64,000 bases of DNA from a virus. Lineage: Duplodnaviria > Caudoviricetes. Position 1 is the stretch's first letter; each line of letters begins with the position of its first letter. The notes under the pieces were generated by a model that was given only the letters and a program-made list of their open reading frames with translations, ran no database searches and was not told the origin of the DNA. The stretch lies in the IMG/VR virus record IMGVR_UViG_3300006201_000013, positions 6,905-70,904 of that record. The stretch is one strand, 5' to 3'. Positions 7,471 through 16,162 of this stretch are shown here, in pieces. Made by a program: the position numbers and the translations under genes.

Positions 7471-8827
7471 AATTCATATCCCTCGTGGCGCAAGCGATGT
7501 TATGACCGTACTGGCGCTGGATGGATTCGACTCATATGTGGTAGGCGGGTGCGTCCGAGACAGCCTGCTCGGCCTGGAGCCGCATGATTGGGACATCTGC
7601 ACCAACGCAACACCCGTGGAGGTTCTGGAAACTTTTGCGAGACGCAATATTAAGACTATCGAGACCGGTATTAAGCATGGCACAGTTACGGTCTGTCTGG
7701 GCGACGCCGGAGAACAGTACGAGGTCACGACGTTCCGTATTGACGGTGAGTATTCTGACAGCCGCCACCCGGACAGTGTGAGTTTCACACCAAGTCTTCG
7801 AGAGGATTTGGCGAGACGTGACTTCACCATGAACGCCATGGCCTACAACGAAGTCGATGGCCTGATTGACCCGTTCGGTGGTGAGAAATCCTTGCGGGAC
7901 AATGAAATTTCTTGTGTAGGCAATCCGGCGGACAGGTTCCAAGAGGATGCTCTGCGGGTTATGCGGGCTCTCAGGTTTGCTTCTACCTACGGATTCTCTA
8001 TCCAGGAGGGCACGGCCAAGGCGATTCGCCAATTTGCACCACGCCTGAGCAACATCGCCGCAGAACGTGTCCAGTCGGAATTGAACAAACTCCTCCTGGG
8101 TGGCGGTGTGCTCCAAGTTTTGCTGGACTACAGCGATGTCATGGCGGTCATCATCCCAGAGCTTGCTCCATGTATCGGATTCGACCAAAAGAACCGCTAT
8201 CATGAGTACACGATTTACGACCATATCGTTCATGCTGTCGCTAACTACACCGGGGACGACCTTTCAGTGAAGGTGGCGCTCCTGCTTCATGACATTGGGA
8301 AGCCTCAGTGTTACACCGAAGATGAACGGGGTGGGCACTTCCATGGCCATGGTGTTCCAAGCCATGACCTGGCCGACATCGTGACTAAGCGGCTGCGGTA
8401 TGACAATAAGACCAGGGACGAAGTGCTCACACTGGTTCTGTATCATGACTCCGTTATCGAGCCGACCTACAATGTGGTTCGCCGGTGGTTGAACAAGATT
8501 GGAGAAACGAACTTCCGCAAACTCCTCCAGGTTCGGATGGCCAATATCAAAGCTCACGCAAAGGATACTCAGGCGTCCCGAATCGAGCGGTGTTTGGCGC
8601 TCCACGATATTCTGGACGAAGTCATAGCGCAGGAGCAGTGTTTTTCCATGAAGGATTTGGCTATCCGAGGCAAAGATGTGATGTCGTTCGGCGTGCCGGA
8701 AGGTAAGCTGGTCGGAGATACGTTGCGGCACATCCTCGATACGGTTATCAACGGGGAAATCCCGAACGAAATCGAGCCTCAAATACAGGCCGTCCAGCAG
8801 TATTTGGCGGTGCGTGCTCATGAGTAG
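7463..8827 (+). CDS. cca: Class II CCA/tRNA nucleotidyltransferase with HD domain
   Basis: VGGCVRD, DWDICT, EVTTFR, EDLARRDFTMNAMA, EDALRVMRALRF, ERVQSEL, LLHDIGKP. Confidence 0.92.
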   Translation: MGRIHIPRGASDVMTVLALDGFDSYVVGGCVRDSLLGLEPHDWDICTNATPVEVLETFARRNIKTIETGIKHGTVTVCLGDAGEQYEVTTFRIDGEYSDSRHPDSVSFTPSLREDLARRDFTMNAMAYNEVDGLIDPFGGEKSLRDNEISCVGNPADRFQEDALRVMRALRFASTYGFSIQEGTAKAIRQFAPRLSNIAAERVQSELNKLLLGGGVLQVLLDYSDVMAVIIPELAPCIGFDQKNRYHEYTIYDHIVHAVANYTGDDLSVKVALLLHDIGKPQCYTEDERGGHFHGHGVPSHDLADIVTKRLRYDNKTRDEVLTLVLYHDSVIEPTYNVVRRWLNKIGETNFRKLLQVRMANIKAHAKDTQASRIERCLALHDILDEVIAQEQCFSMKDLAIRGKDVMSFGVPEGKLVGDTLRHILDTVINGEIPNEIEPQIQAVQQYLAVRAHE

Positions 8828-9041
8828 TCCTAAGTATCCAAAGGGCGAGCGAGTCTGGGTCGGCTATTACGATATCGGTCACGAGCTTCGCTTTATCCTG
8901 ACAAGTAAAGAGTCCTCCCGAGAATATTTCTTTCTGTATGAGCTGGTTGACGGCGCATTCAAGAAACTCGGGAGGGCTCGTTCTCCCAAGGAGCTTGAAG
9001 CGAAGTTCGATGTAAATAAGAAATTGGGGGTGGTGCGTTGA
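8820..9041 (+). CDS. Small hypothetical protein
   Basis: Start overlaps the cca stop; stop overlaps the next start. Confidence 0.65.
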   Translation: MSSPKYPKGERVWVGYYDIGHELRFILTSKESSREYFFLYELVDGAFKKLGRARSPKELEAKFDVNKKLGVVR

Positions 9042-9652
9042 CGGACTTTGCCTACGACTGTTTACAGAAAAAACGTCTCGCCCGTCAGGCATTACATAAA
9101 AAGAACGGCAGCAAAAGCCGCCGCTGTCCCATGTCTACAGACCATATGACCGAAAAACAGTGGAAGGAAAGGAATGGTAAAGTCGTGTCCGTGAGTTTTG
9201 ACAAGCCCACATCGTGGGATAACTTCAGAGAGCTGTCGAAGGGAGCGCAGGAGGAGTACCTGCGATGTCTTTCCACGACCTACGGGGCAAACGCCACAAA
9301 CCTCGCAGAGATGTTTGATGTGAGCGTGTCTACCATCCGACGCCACATCCAGTCTGCCAATTTGGACATCAAGTTCCATGTGGGACACTCAATGAACGCA
9401 GAGCAGCGTGCGGCCTGGGAGGCATTTCTGGGTGGCACAGCAGCCTCCCCTGTTCCTCAAACGGTCTGCGAGCCAAAACTGGAGGAACCGCCAAAACTTC
9501 ATGTCGATACATCTATGCGGATGAACCGGTTCTCTCTGAGCTTTTCCGGCGACATCAACGTCGATATGATTGCGAACTCTCTCAAGCACATCCTGGGAGG
9601 AAACGCTACAGGGCAGGTCGAAATCGTGTGCAGCCTCGTGGGAGGTTGTTGA
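9038..9652 (+). CDS. Hypothetical protein with possible HTH
   Basis: NATNLAEMFDVSVSTIRRH is HTH-like; start overlaps the upstream stop. Confidence 0.6.
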   Translation: MTDFAYDCLQKKRLARQALHKKNGSKSRRCPMSTDHMTEKQWKERNGKVVSVSFDKPTSWDNFRELSKGAQEEYLRCLSTTYGANATNLAEMFDVSVSTIRRHIQSANLDIKFHVGHSMNAEQRAAWEAFLGGTAASPVPQTVCEPKLEEPPKLHVDTSMRMNRFSLSFSGDINVDMIANSLKHILGGNATGQVEIVCSLVGGC

Positions 9653-9677
9653 AAAGCGAAATCCTGTGTGGTACAAT
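9649..9677 (+). promoter_or_regulatory. Sigma-A-type promoter
   Basis: TTGAAA-17 nt-TACAAT with an extended TG. Confidence 0.6.
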
Positions 9678-9700
9678 TATTAGAATGAAGGGGTGATTCA

Positions 9701-10090
9701 ATGGAGCAGAATTTTGACTTTCAGTTTACGTCCGAAGAGGATATTCAGCATCTGTTGGACGGATTTGTGGAAGGTATGCAGGATATGGTAGCCGAGGATG
9801 AAGGCAAGACTACCATCATCAACCCTCTGCGGCTGGCGCAAATCAAGTTCACATACTCGGTGATGAAGTATCTGACCAGGGACACCGATGCCGAGGTGAC
9901 GTATAAACTGAATGAGCCGTTCAAGACCATGGGCGGTGTGTCTGTGGAAGGCAAGGTGCTGGAGTTTGCGGGCTCCAAGTGGTTTGCAAGAGCGGCGGAG
10001 TTTGCAAGCAACACCGAGGTATATCCGCTGGCGAAGAACCGCGTCCGCCTGACATTCACATTTCACGGCCTCACTGCGCCGATTGAGTAA
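9701..10090 (+). CDS. Hypothetical protein
   Basis: GAAGGGGTG RBS; clean ORF in an operon. Confidence 0.75.
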   Translation: MEQNFDFQFTSEEDIQHLLDGFVEGMQDMVAEDEGKTTIINPLRLAQIKFTYSVMKYLTRDTDAEVTYKLNEPFKTMGGVSVEGKVLEFAGSKWFARAAEFASNTEVYPLAKNRVRLTFTFHGLTAPIE

Positions 10091-10104
10091 GGGAGGTGTA
10101 GCTG

Positions 10105-10470
10105 ATGGACTACCCTGGATGTAAAGGCTTCGTTGACGACCTGATTAACGAGGCCAGCGCCGAGTTTTCTCCGGCGTACACATTGCGTAAGAACGCACAG
10201 GAACGGCTTGACAAGGTGTGCGAGCTGGTGGATGCACTGGCTGAGGAGCTGGACTGCGAAAGTGTGGACGTGAGCGTCAACACCTCCAGCAAGCAGCTCA
10301 CCATCATGGTTCTCTGCGATGACATCATTTTGGAGGACAGAACGCATCCGTTCTTTGAACTCATCAAGATGCTGGACTCGTTTGCATTCTCCAAGTGTAA
10401 GGAGTTTCTGCGAATTGAGTTGAACATCGACGGACTATGGGAGAGGTCGAGTGGACAACAGAAGACGTGA
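10105..10470 (+). CDS. Hypothetical protein
   Basis: GGAGGTG RBS. Confidence 0.75.
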   Translation: MDYPGCKGFVDDLINEASAEFSPAYTLRKNAQERLDKVCELVDALAEELDCESVDVSVNTSSKQLTIMVLCDDIILEDRTHPFFELIKMLDSFAFSKCKEFLRIELNIDGLWERSSGQQKT

Positions 10471-10684
10471 CAGCCTTAAAGAGGCAATCCAGTTGCTGGG
10501 CAGGGTTTCGATGATGGTTGATACGGTCTGCAATAAGGAGCAGGACTGCGTAGATAACTATCCTGAAAACCTGCAGGGCACAGAACGGTTCGAGCGCATG
10601 GAGGATGCGGTCGATAACCTGAACGAAGCATTAGAAAAAATCGACGACGCAAAGAGCTGCATTCAGGCGGCAATCGTCAAGTGA
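10451..10684 (+). CDS. Small helical hypothetical protein
   Basis: GAGAGG RBS, GTG start, amphipathic helical composition. Confidence 0.7.
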   Translation: MDNRRRDSLKEAIQLLGRVSMMVDTVCNKEQDCVDNYPENLQGTERFERMEDAVDNLNEALEKIDDAKSCIQAAIVK

Positions 10685-10695
10685 GGTGTTCATAG

Positions 10696-11379
10696 TTGGA
10701 GCTGATTCTATTCCTGCTTTTGGGCGGTGTGTTGTTCACCCGTGTTGGGGTGGATAAAAGTGAGACAAAGAAGGCTAACCAAGCGGCCTGCCAACGGTTG
10801 GACTGGCATAGGGCCCGCCTTGAAGGGTGGCGTGAGCTTGTAGCCGATAAGGCGTTGGAGGAAGACCTTGCCGACCTCATCAATGACCCTGCGAACTATG
10901 AGGATGTCTGGGCCGAGGTTCACGACGCTTATCTTCGGATGCCTTCCTGCAAGTTATTCACCAGGATTCTTCTGTACTCCACGATGGTGAAGCAGCTTCG
11001 CGGCGCCACCTACACCAAGAAGCAGCAGGAAACGATTGCAGCCTCCAATCGCCAGGACGCTCTTGACATTATGCTGGCCCGCCGGGGAAAGGTGCGCTAT
11101 ATCAATACCTGCGACGGTTGGCATATTAAAGACCTGATGCCCGGTCACGGTGAAAGCTCAAAGCGTGCGTGGGACGAAGCCTTTGACCTGTGGGTCTACA
11201 TCCGAGACGAGCTGCGCAGAAACGGCGTTCCGGCCAAGCTCATCTTCCAGACCGGAGAGATTGAGGAGTTCAAGCGAACGGCATATGACGCCGATGATGT
11301 TGAGAAGTTCCGCTACATGAGCGGCTCGCTCACATGGCTCCCCCTCACGAACTTCGACCACAATCTGAACTATGTATAA
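10696..11379 (+). CDS. Hypothetical protein with N-terminal membrane anchor
   Basis: GAGGTG RBS, TTG start; hydrophobic N-terminus LILFLLLGGVLF. Confidence 0.7.
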   Translation: MELILFLLLGGVLFTRVGVDKSETKKANQAACQRLDWHRARLEGWRELVADKALEEDLADLINDPANYEDVWAEVHDAYLRMPSCKLFTRILLYSTMVKQLRGATYTKKQQETIAASNRQDALDIMLARRGKVRYINTCDGWHIKDLMPGHGESSKRAWDEAFDLWVYIRDELRRNGVPAKLIFQTGEIEEFKRTAYDADDVEKFRYMSGSLTWLPLTNFDHNLNYV

Positions 11380-11409
11380 AGCGGGGTGCTTTTCAGCGCC
11401 CCGCTAAAT

Positions 11410-12213
11410 TCAGTCCTCAAACAGGTAATCGGGCAGTTCCAGGCGCACATCGAGCAGAACCTTCCCGCAAGCCTGTACCGAATGCCCGCTGTCGGCGCTG
11501 ACAAAGACATTCGTGTCCCGCAGGTCGGGGTTCGCGGAAACCAGAATGAGATTTCTGTCCTCATCCAGGTAATACTGCTTGCAGTACATAGCGCCGTCAA
11601 CGCAGAAGATGCCGACATCTCCAATGGACAGCTCGGCATCTCTGCGGACATAGACGGTATCGCCATCGTGGATATACGGTTCCATACTGTTGCCCTGGAT
11701 GTCAACAGCAAAGTCTGCGGCATCCGGCACAGAGTCGTCCGCCAGCATCATTCCAAAGTCCGCCACATCAATCGGAGCCGCCACACCCGCAGCGGACGGC
11801 GACGTGAAGTGCGGAATATACCTTGCCGCCGCTCTCGCTTCTTCTATGTTGATAACTTTCCTCGGCGCAGGTCTTTGCTGGATGGAGACTCGCTCTGCTT
11901 CGATGGCGCACAGGGTATCTACGACTTTCTTCCCGTGGTCATCAAGTACCCGGTAGTTTTTCAGCAGTCCTTTCTCTGCCGAAGACAATACCAAACTTGA
12001 CTTTGATGCGTTGCCAAGCTGAAAGTCCAACAGCGTATCCATTGAAACACTGAGCGTCCGGCCCAACGATATCAGAGTATCCATCGCCGGTTTCTTCGCG
12101 TTCTTTTCCCAAGACCTGAGAGCGACAACAGAAACGCCCACGGCTGAACTGAGCTGCTGCTGTGTATATCCTCTTTCAAGGCGCAGACCTTTTAGTCTCT
12201 GCCCAAAGTCCAT
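11410..12213 (-). CDS. CI/LexA-like repressor (HTH XRE + S24 peptidase)
   Basis: RLKGLRLERGYTQQQLSSAVGVS HTH; IQGNSMEP (Ser) and MYCKQY (Lys) catalytic motifs; divergent from the rightward operon. Confidence 0.9.
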   Translation of the reverse strand: MDFGQRLKGLRLERGYTQQQLSSAVGVSVVALRSWEKNAKKPAMDTLISLGRTLSVSMDTLLDFQLGNASKSSLVLSSAEKGLLKNYRVLDDHGKKVVDTLCAIEAERVSIQQRPAPRKVINIEEARAAARYIPHFTSPSAAGVAAPIDVADFGMMLADDSVPDAADFAVDIQGNSMEPYIHDGDTVYVRRDAELSIGDVGIFCVDGAMYCKQYYLDEDRNLILVSANPDLRDTNVFVSADSGHSVQACGKVLLDVRLELPDYLFED

Positions 12214-12250
12214 TTAATATCCCTCCAAAAATCTACTCTATTTTTCCCTG

Positions 12251-12279
12251 TTGACAGGGGCTAAAATTTGTGATAGCAT
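12251..12279 (+). promoter_or_regulatory. Rightward early promoter
   Basis: TTGACA-17 nt-TAGCAT with an extended TG, divergent from the repressor gene. Confidence 0.65.
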
Positions 12280-12502
12280 AATCGGCACCGGCAAACGATT
12301 GTTTCCTTTTTCAGAATAACACAAACTTTAGTTTCTGTCAAGGAAAAAGAAAAGGCGCACCGCCCCATGAACGAAAACAAGACGACGGTGCGCCGCAACC
12401 CAGTATGACTACCAGGCGGGCCGGAAGTGACACCACTCACATCCAACCGCCTGTAGTATACCATGCTGAAACTTATAAATCAATGGAGGTTTTTACTACA
12501 GG

Positions 12503-12826
12503 ATGAGAAAACGGGTATCGGTCAAGGAACTGAAGGAATACTGTGAACAGAACCAGCCCAAACAGGTCACCTACTACTCAGAGAACCAAGATTGGTATCG
12601 CATCTCAGACCCATGCAAACTCAGGATGCACTTCCCAATTATGTTGATATGCGAAAACCCCAGCCTGATTTGCTTGAAGTCCGGGACGAGCACTCTTTGT
12701 TTCGACAGAGTTTGTTTCGTGGAAATTGATACCGAAACCACGGTTCTTGGTACGATTCTGACTGTGTATTGTGGCTGTTCTGGGGCGAAAGAACCTGAAA
12801 TCACATACAAACTCATCGCCGCATAA
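12503..12826 (+). CDS. Hypothetical protein, first gene of the rightward operon
   Basis: GGAGG upstream; clean ORF. Confidence 0.65.
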   Translation: MRKRVSVKELKEYCEQNQPKQVTYYSENQDWYRISDPCKLRMHFPIMLICENPSLICLKSGTSTLCFDRVCFVEIDTETTVLGTILTVYCGCSGAKEPEITYKLIAA

Positions 12827-12848
12827 AATTTTTTCATGTATTTTTTAT

Positions 12849-12885
12849 TATTGAGTTGACAGACGCGGCCTCAATATGCTATACT
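12849..12885 (+). promoter_or_regulatory. Promoter of the mazF-like gene with an overlapping inverted repeat
   Basis: TTGACA (12856-12861)-18 nt-TATACT (12880-12885); TATTGAG (12849-12855) / CTCAATA (12870-12876) flank the -35. Confidence 0.65.
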
Positions 12886-12923
12886 CCAGGCATCAACATA
12901 ATTGAAGCGAAGGAGTAAGTAGC

Positions 12924-13352
12924 ATGATGAGCAACACAACACATAACCGTCACCCCCTGATTGGCGAGGTCTACATGGTCAAGTTCGATGGAGCGGGCAG
13001 TGTCCAAAGGAAATACCGTCCAGCGCTGGTCTTCCAGAATAATGTCGGAAACAAATATAGCCCCAACGTTGTGGTCTTGCCCTTTACGAGCGTCCGCAAA
13101 AAGGCGAATCAGCCGACCCATGTCCTTGTTGACGCCAAGGGCAGCGGGATGAAGACCGACAGTATGGTGTTGTGTGAAAATCCCCAGAGCATCCCCAAGG
13201 AAATGCTCGGAGAATATGTGACTACGCTTCCCGAGAAGTACATGAAGCAGGTCGCCGCAGCCAGCCTGTTGGCGAACAGCGCCATCTCCTATCTGGACAT
13301 CTCCATGCTCGTGGCTTTGATGGAAAAGGCAGCTAAGCTGAACGCTGTGTAA
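12924..13352 (+). CDS. mazF: MazF/PemK-family endoribonuclease-like protein
   Basis: GSVQRKYRPALVFQNNVGNKYSPNVVVLPFTS and DSMVLCENPQSIPK match the MazF/NdoA pattern. Confidence 0.85.
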   Translation: MMSNTTHNRHPLIGEVYMVKFDGAGSVQRKYRPALVFQNNVGNKYSPNVVVLPFTSVRKKANQPTHVLVDAKGSGMKTDSMVLCENPQSIPKEMLGEYVTTLPEKYMKQVAAASLLANSAISYLDISMLVALMEKAAKLNAV

Positions 13353-13389
13353 GCGGGCAGCTCTACATATCAGTAGGAGGTTGTCTTTC

Positions 13390-14349
13390 ATGTATAACGA
13401 AGAACTGAAGACCAAGTTTATCAGAGATTATACGCAGAGCATTAACACGGCCAACGTCGCCACCACTATCTTCAACTCTTTTTCAGTGGATGAAGAGGGG
13501 TGGCAGGCCGACCTGTGTACCAAGTCCGCCGAGGAGCTGCAGCCGGTTATCGACCGGGTCATGGCGCTGCGTATGCGAAGTCAGTGGGTGGCCATGAACA
13601 TCCTCAAGGAGTACGTTCGGTGGTGCATCGCCAATAAGGTGCCCGATGCCTGCGACGGCATGCTCAACATCACCATGGTTGGGCTGGATAAGATTCGCAA
13701 GCAGATGGTGTCAAGCCCACTTCATCTCCAGAGGTGCTTGGATGAAGTTTTTGACCCGGAACAGGACGGAACGATAGACAACATCTACCGCTGTTACTAC
13801 TGGATGGCGTATGCCGGTATCAAAGAAGAGGATACGGTTCTGGTCAAGGCATCTGATGTCTCCTTCTCAGAGCAATGTATCAACTTCAAAGGCACAAGCT
13901 ATCCGCTTTACAGGGAGTCTCTTCCAGCCTTCCATCAGGCCGTGGAGTTGACCGAGTTTATGCACCGGCACCCCAACTATAAGAAGCCAGTCATGCGTCC
14001 CAGGGTAGACGGCGACAATATCATGCGCGGCATTCGAGCCAGCACGAAGCTGCTCACAGTCCGCACCACTCTGTCCAAAAGAATGAAAGAGGCGGAAGAC
14101 CGGGGTAAGAGCGAGGTCAAACTCAGCTACTTCCGGGTCTGGATATCCGGGCTTTTCTATCGGATGTATGAGCGGGAACGAGCTGGTCTTCCTGTGGACT
14201 TTTCCGAAGCAGCCGCAGATATGATGTCCGGGAAGACCTACCGCATCGAAGGGGTCAACAAGCGCATCAAAGTTTCGCACCTTCAGAACCGCAAAGAACT
14301 GGACTACACCGAGGACTACCAGCGCTGGAAGCTGGCGTTCTCCATCTGA
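13390..14349 (+). CDS. Tyrosine-recombinase-fold protein with degenerate catalytic motifs (SPbeta YopR/MrpR-like repressor candidate)
   Basis: MYNEELKTKF start; YWMAYAGIKEED where box I has G.R..E; YFRVWISG where box II has H.LRH; located in the switch region. Confidence 0.55.
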   Translation: MYNEELKTKFIRDYTQSINTANVATTIFNSFSVDEEGWQADLCTKSAEELQPVIDRVMALRMRSQWVAMNILKEYVRWCIANKVPDACDGMLNITMVGLDKIRKQMVSSPLHLQRCLDEVFDPEQDGTIDNIYRCYYWMAYAGIKEEDTVLVKASDVSFSEQCINFKGTSYPLYRESLPAFHQAVELTEFMHRHPNYKKPVMRPRVDGDNIMRGIRASTKLLTVRTTLSKRMKEAEDRGKSEVKLSYFRVWISGLFYRMYERERAGLPVDFSEAAADMMSGKTYRIEGVNKRIKVSHLQNRKELDYTEDYQRWKLAFSI

Positions 14350-14362
14350 ACAAGATAGTAAG

Positions 14363-14391
14363 GAGAGCTCGCTCAGGCGGGCCTCTCTTTT
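14363..14391 (+). terminator. Intrinsic terminator
   Basis: GAGAGCTCGC-TCAG-GCGGGCCTCTC followed by TTTT. Confidence 0.6.
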
Positions 14392-14468
14392 ACATATATA
14401 AACATAATTATAATAAATACAACACGCAAAAGCGTATCGTATAAGTCTGAAAGAAAGGAGGGTTGTCC

Positions 14469-15059
14469 TTGAATGCACCATTGGAAGAGTTAAAGGCGAG
14501 GTTTCTCAATGTGTATAGCGAGACTATTACGAGAGAGGGCGCAGATGGTTTGCTTCAGTGGCTGACTGAATCGGATTTCTTCGTTGCTCCAGCATCGACC
14601 CGGTTCCATGGAAGTCACGAAGGCGGTTTGCTCCAGCACTCTTTGAATGTCTACGACTGCTTAAAGAGGAATGTCGAGCAGGCTGGCCTGCAAGACACCT
14701 ACTCGCCGGAAACCATCGCTGTCTCCGCTCTGCTCCACGACGTTTGCAAGGTAAACTTCTACAAGAAGGGATACCGCAACGCCAAAGATGAGGAGACCGG
14801 GCAGTGGTACAAGAAGGAAGTCTACGAGATTGACGAGAAATTCCCATGTGGAGAGCACGCGGATAAGTCCATCATTATCGTTCAGAACTTCATACACCTG
14901 GAGCCGGAAGAGATTCTGGCAATCCGTGCCCATATGGGCGGCTGGGACACAGCCGTAAAAGGCGGAAACGGCTTTGTCGGCAAGATTTTTGAGCGCAGCA
15001 AGCTCGCTGTACTCCTGCATTTTGCCGACATGGAAGCCACATATTTCATGGAGGTGTGA
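14469..15059 (+). CDS. HD-domain phosphohydrolase
   Basis: PASTRFHG..EGGLLQHSLNVY, LLHDVCK, IRAHMG, LHFAD. Confidence 0.85.
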   Translation: MNAPLEELKARFLNVYSETITREGADGLLQWLTESDFFVAPASTRFHGSHEGGLLQHSLNVYDCLKRNVEQAGLQDTYSPETIAVSALLHDVCKVNFYKKGYRNAKDEETGQWYKKEVYEIDEKFPCGEHADKSIIIVQNFIHLEPEEILAIRAHMGGWDTAVKGGNGFVGKIFERSKLAVLLHFADMEATYFMEV

Positions 15060-15061
15060 CA

Positions 15062-15763
15062 ATGGCAGAACAAGAGCAACTGAATATCTACCAAAAGCTG
15101 GCGAAAATCAGGAAGCAGGTCGAAGTTATCCAGAAGAACAAGCGGGGCTACGGCTATACATATGTGTCCGAGGAGGAAATCCTGGCCAAGATTACCGTGT
15201 TCATGGACAAGTACCACCTGTCTCTGGTTCCCGGAATCGTCGGCGGCACGACAAAGGTAGAGCCCTATCCCTACAAGAAGACCAAGACCACCAAGGGCGG
15301 CGAAATCTACGAGGAGAACGTCAACGAGGTGCTGGTTAGCGCCGACATGACCTGGACGTGGGTCAACAACGACAACCCGGAGGAGAAGGTCGTGGTTGGC
15401 TGGACGCTGGTCGGCCAGCAGTCGGATGCCTCCCAGGCTTTTGGGTCTGGTCTGACATACTCTGACCGCTACTTCCTGCTCAAGTATTTCAACGTGGCAA
15501 CCACGGACGACGACCCCGATGCCCACCGCAGCAAGCAGCGTGCGGCAGAAGCAGCGGAGGACAAGATGATTGCCGAGCAGATTATCGGTACCTTCGACGA
15601 AGTGGTCAAGGCGTTCCTGAAGGCGAACGAGTCCAAGGCCGAGGACGTGAAGAAGTTTGTGTCCAAGTACGCAAAGGGCGGCAACTACTTCGCCATCACA
15701 GAGTCCACTCTGGCGGCCAAGCTGCTGGATGACTTCAAAGAGACTTTCAAGATTAAGGAGTGA
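15062..15763 (+). CDS. ERF-family single-strand annealing protein
   Basis: NIYQKLAKIR, GYGYTYV, SQAFGSGLTYSDRYFLLKYFNVAT.DDDPD. Confidence 0.82.
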   Translation: MAEQEQLNIYQKLAKIRKQVEVIQKNKRGYGYTYVSEEEILAKITVFMDKYHLSLVPGIVGGTTKVEPYPYKKTKTTKGGEIYEENVNEVLVSADMTWTWVNNDNPEEKVVVGWTLVGQQSDASQAFGSGLTYSDRYFLLKYFNVATTDDDPDAHRSKQRAAEAAEDKMIAEQIIGTFDEVVKAFLKANESKAEDVKKFVSKYAKGGNYFAITESTLAAKLLDDFKETFKIKE

Positions 15764-15769
15764 TACAGA

Positions 15770-16150
15770 ATGGGATTCCGTACCGGCGCATTTGCCAAAG
15801 TGTGGGAGGTTACTCCCATGAGCGACACCAGCACAAAGCTGCGTATGTCCATCAGTCGCAAGAACAAAAAGACAGATGAGTACGAGCAGGATTTCTCCGG
15901 TTTCGTGCTGGCCATCGGTACTGCCGCCGCCAGCAAAGCGGTCCGCCTAAAAGAGGGCGACCGCATCAAACTGGGCGACGTGGATGTGTCCACCAAGTAC
16001 GACAAGGACAAGAAGGTTACATATACCAACTTCAAGATGTTCTCCTTCGAGACCGATGGAGAGTCCTCTTCTTCCCGTCCTGCCCCGCCTGATGAGCCCA
16101 AGCCCGGCGTCGATGATGGCGAGCTCGACGACAACCGTCTCCCGTTTTAA
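15770..16150 (+). CDS. ssb: Single-stranded DNA-binding protein
   Basis: OB-fold-like body with an acidic tail ending DDGELDDNRLPF; lies between ERF and a nuclease. Confidence 0.75.
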   Translation: MGFRTGAFAKVWEVTPMSDTSTKLRMSISRKNKKTDEYEQDFSGFVLAIGTAAASKAVRLKEGDRIKLGDVDVSTKYDKDKKVTYTNFKMFSFETDGESSSSRPAPPDEPKPGVDDGELDDNRLPF

Positions 16151-16162
16151 GGGAGACGGCTC

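Noticed and set aside
13390-14349. Second active integrase
   Set aside because: Catalytic Arg and His-x-x-Arg positions appear substituted; a serine integrase is present elsewhere.
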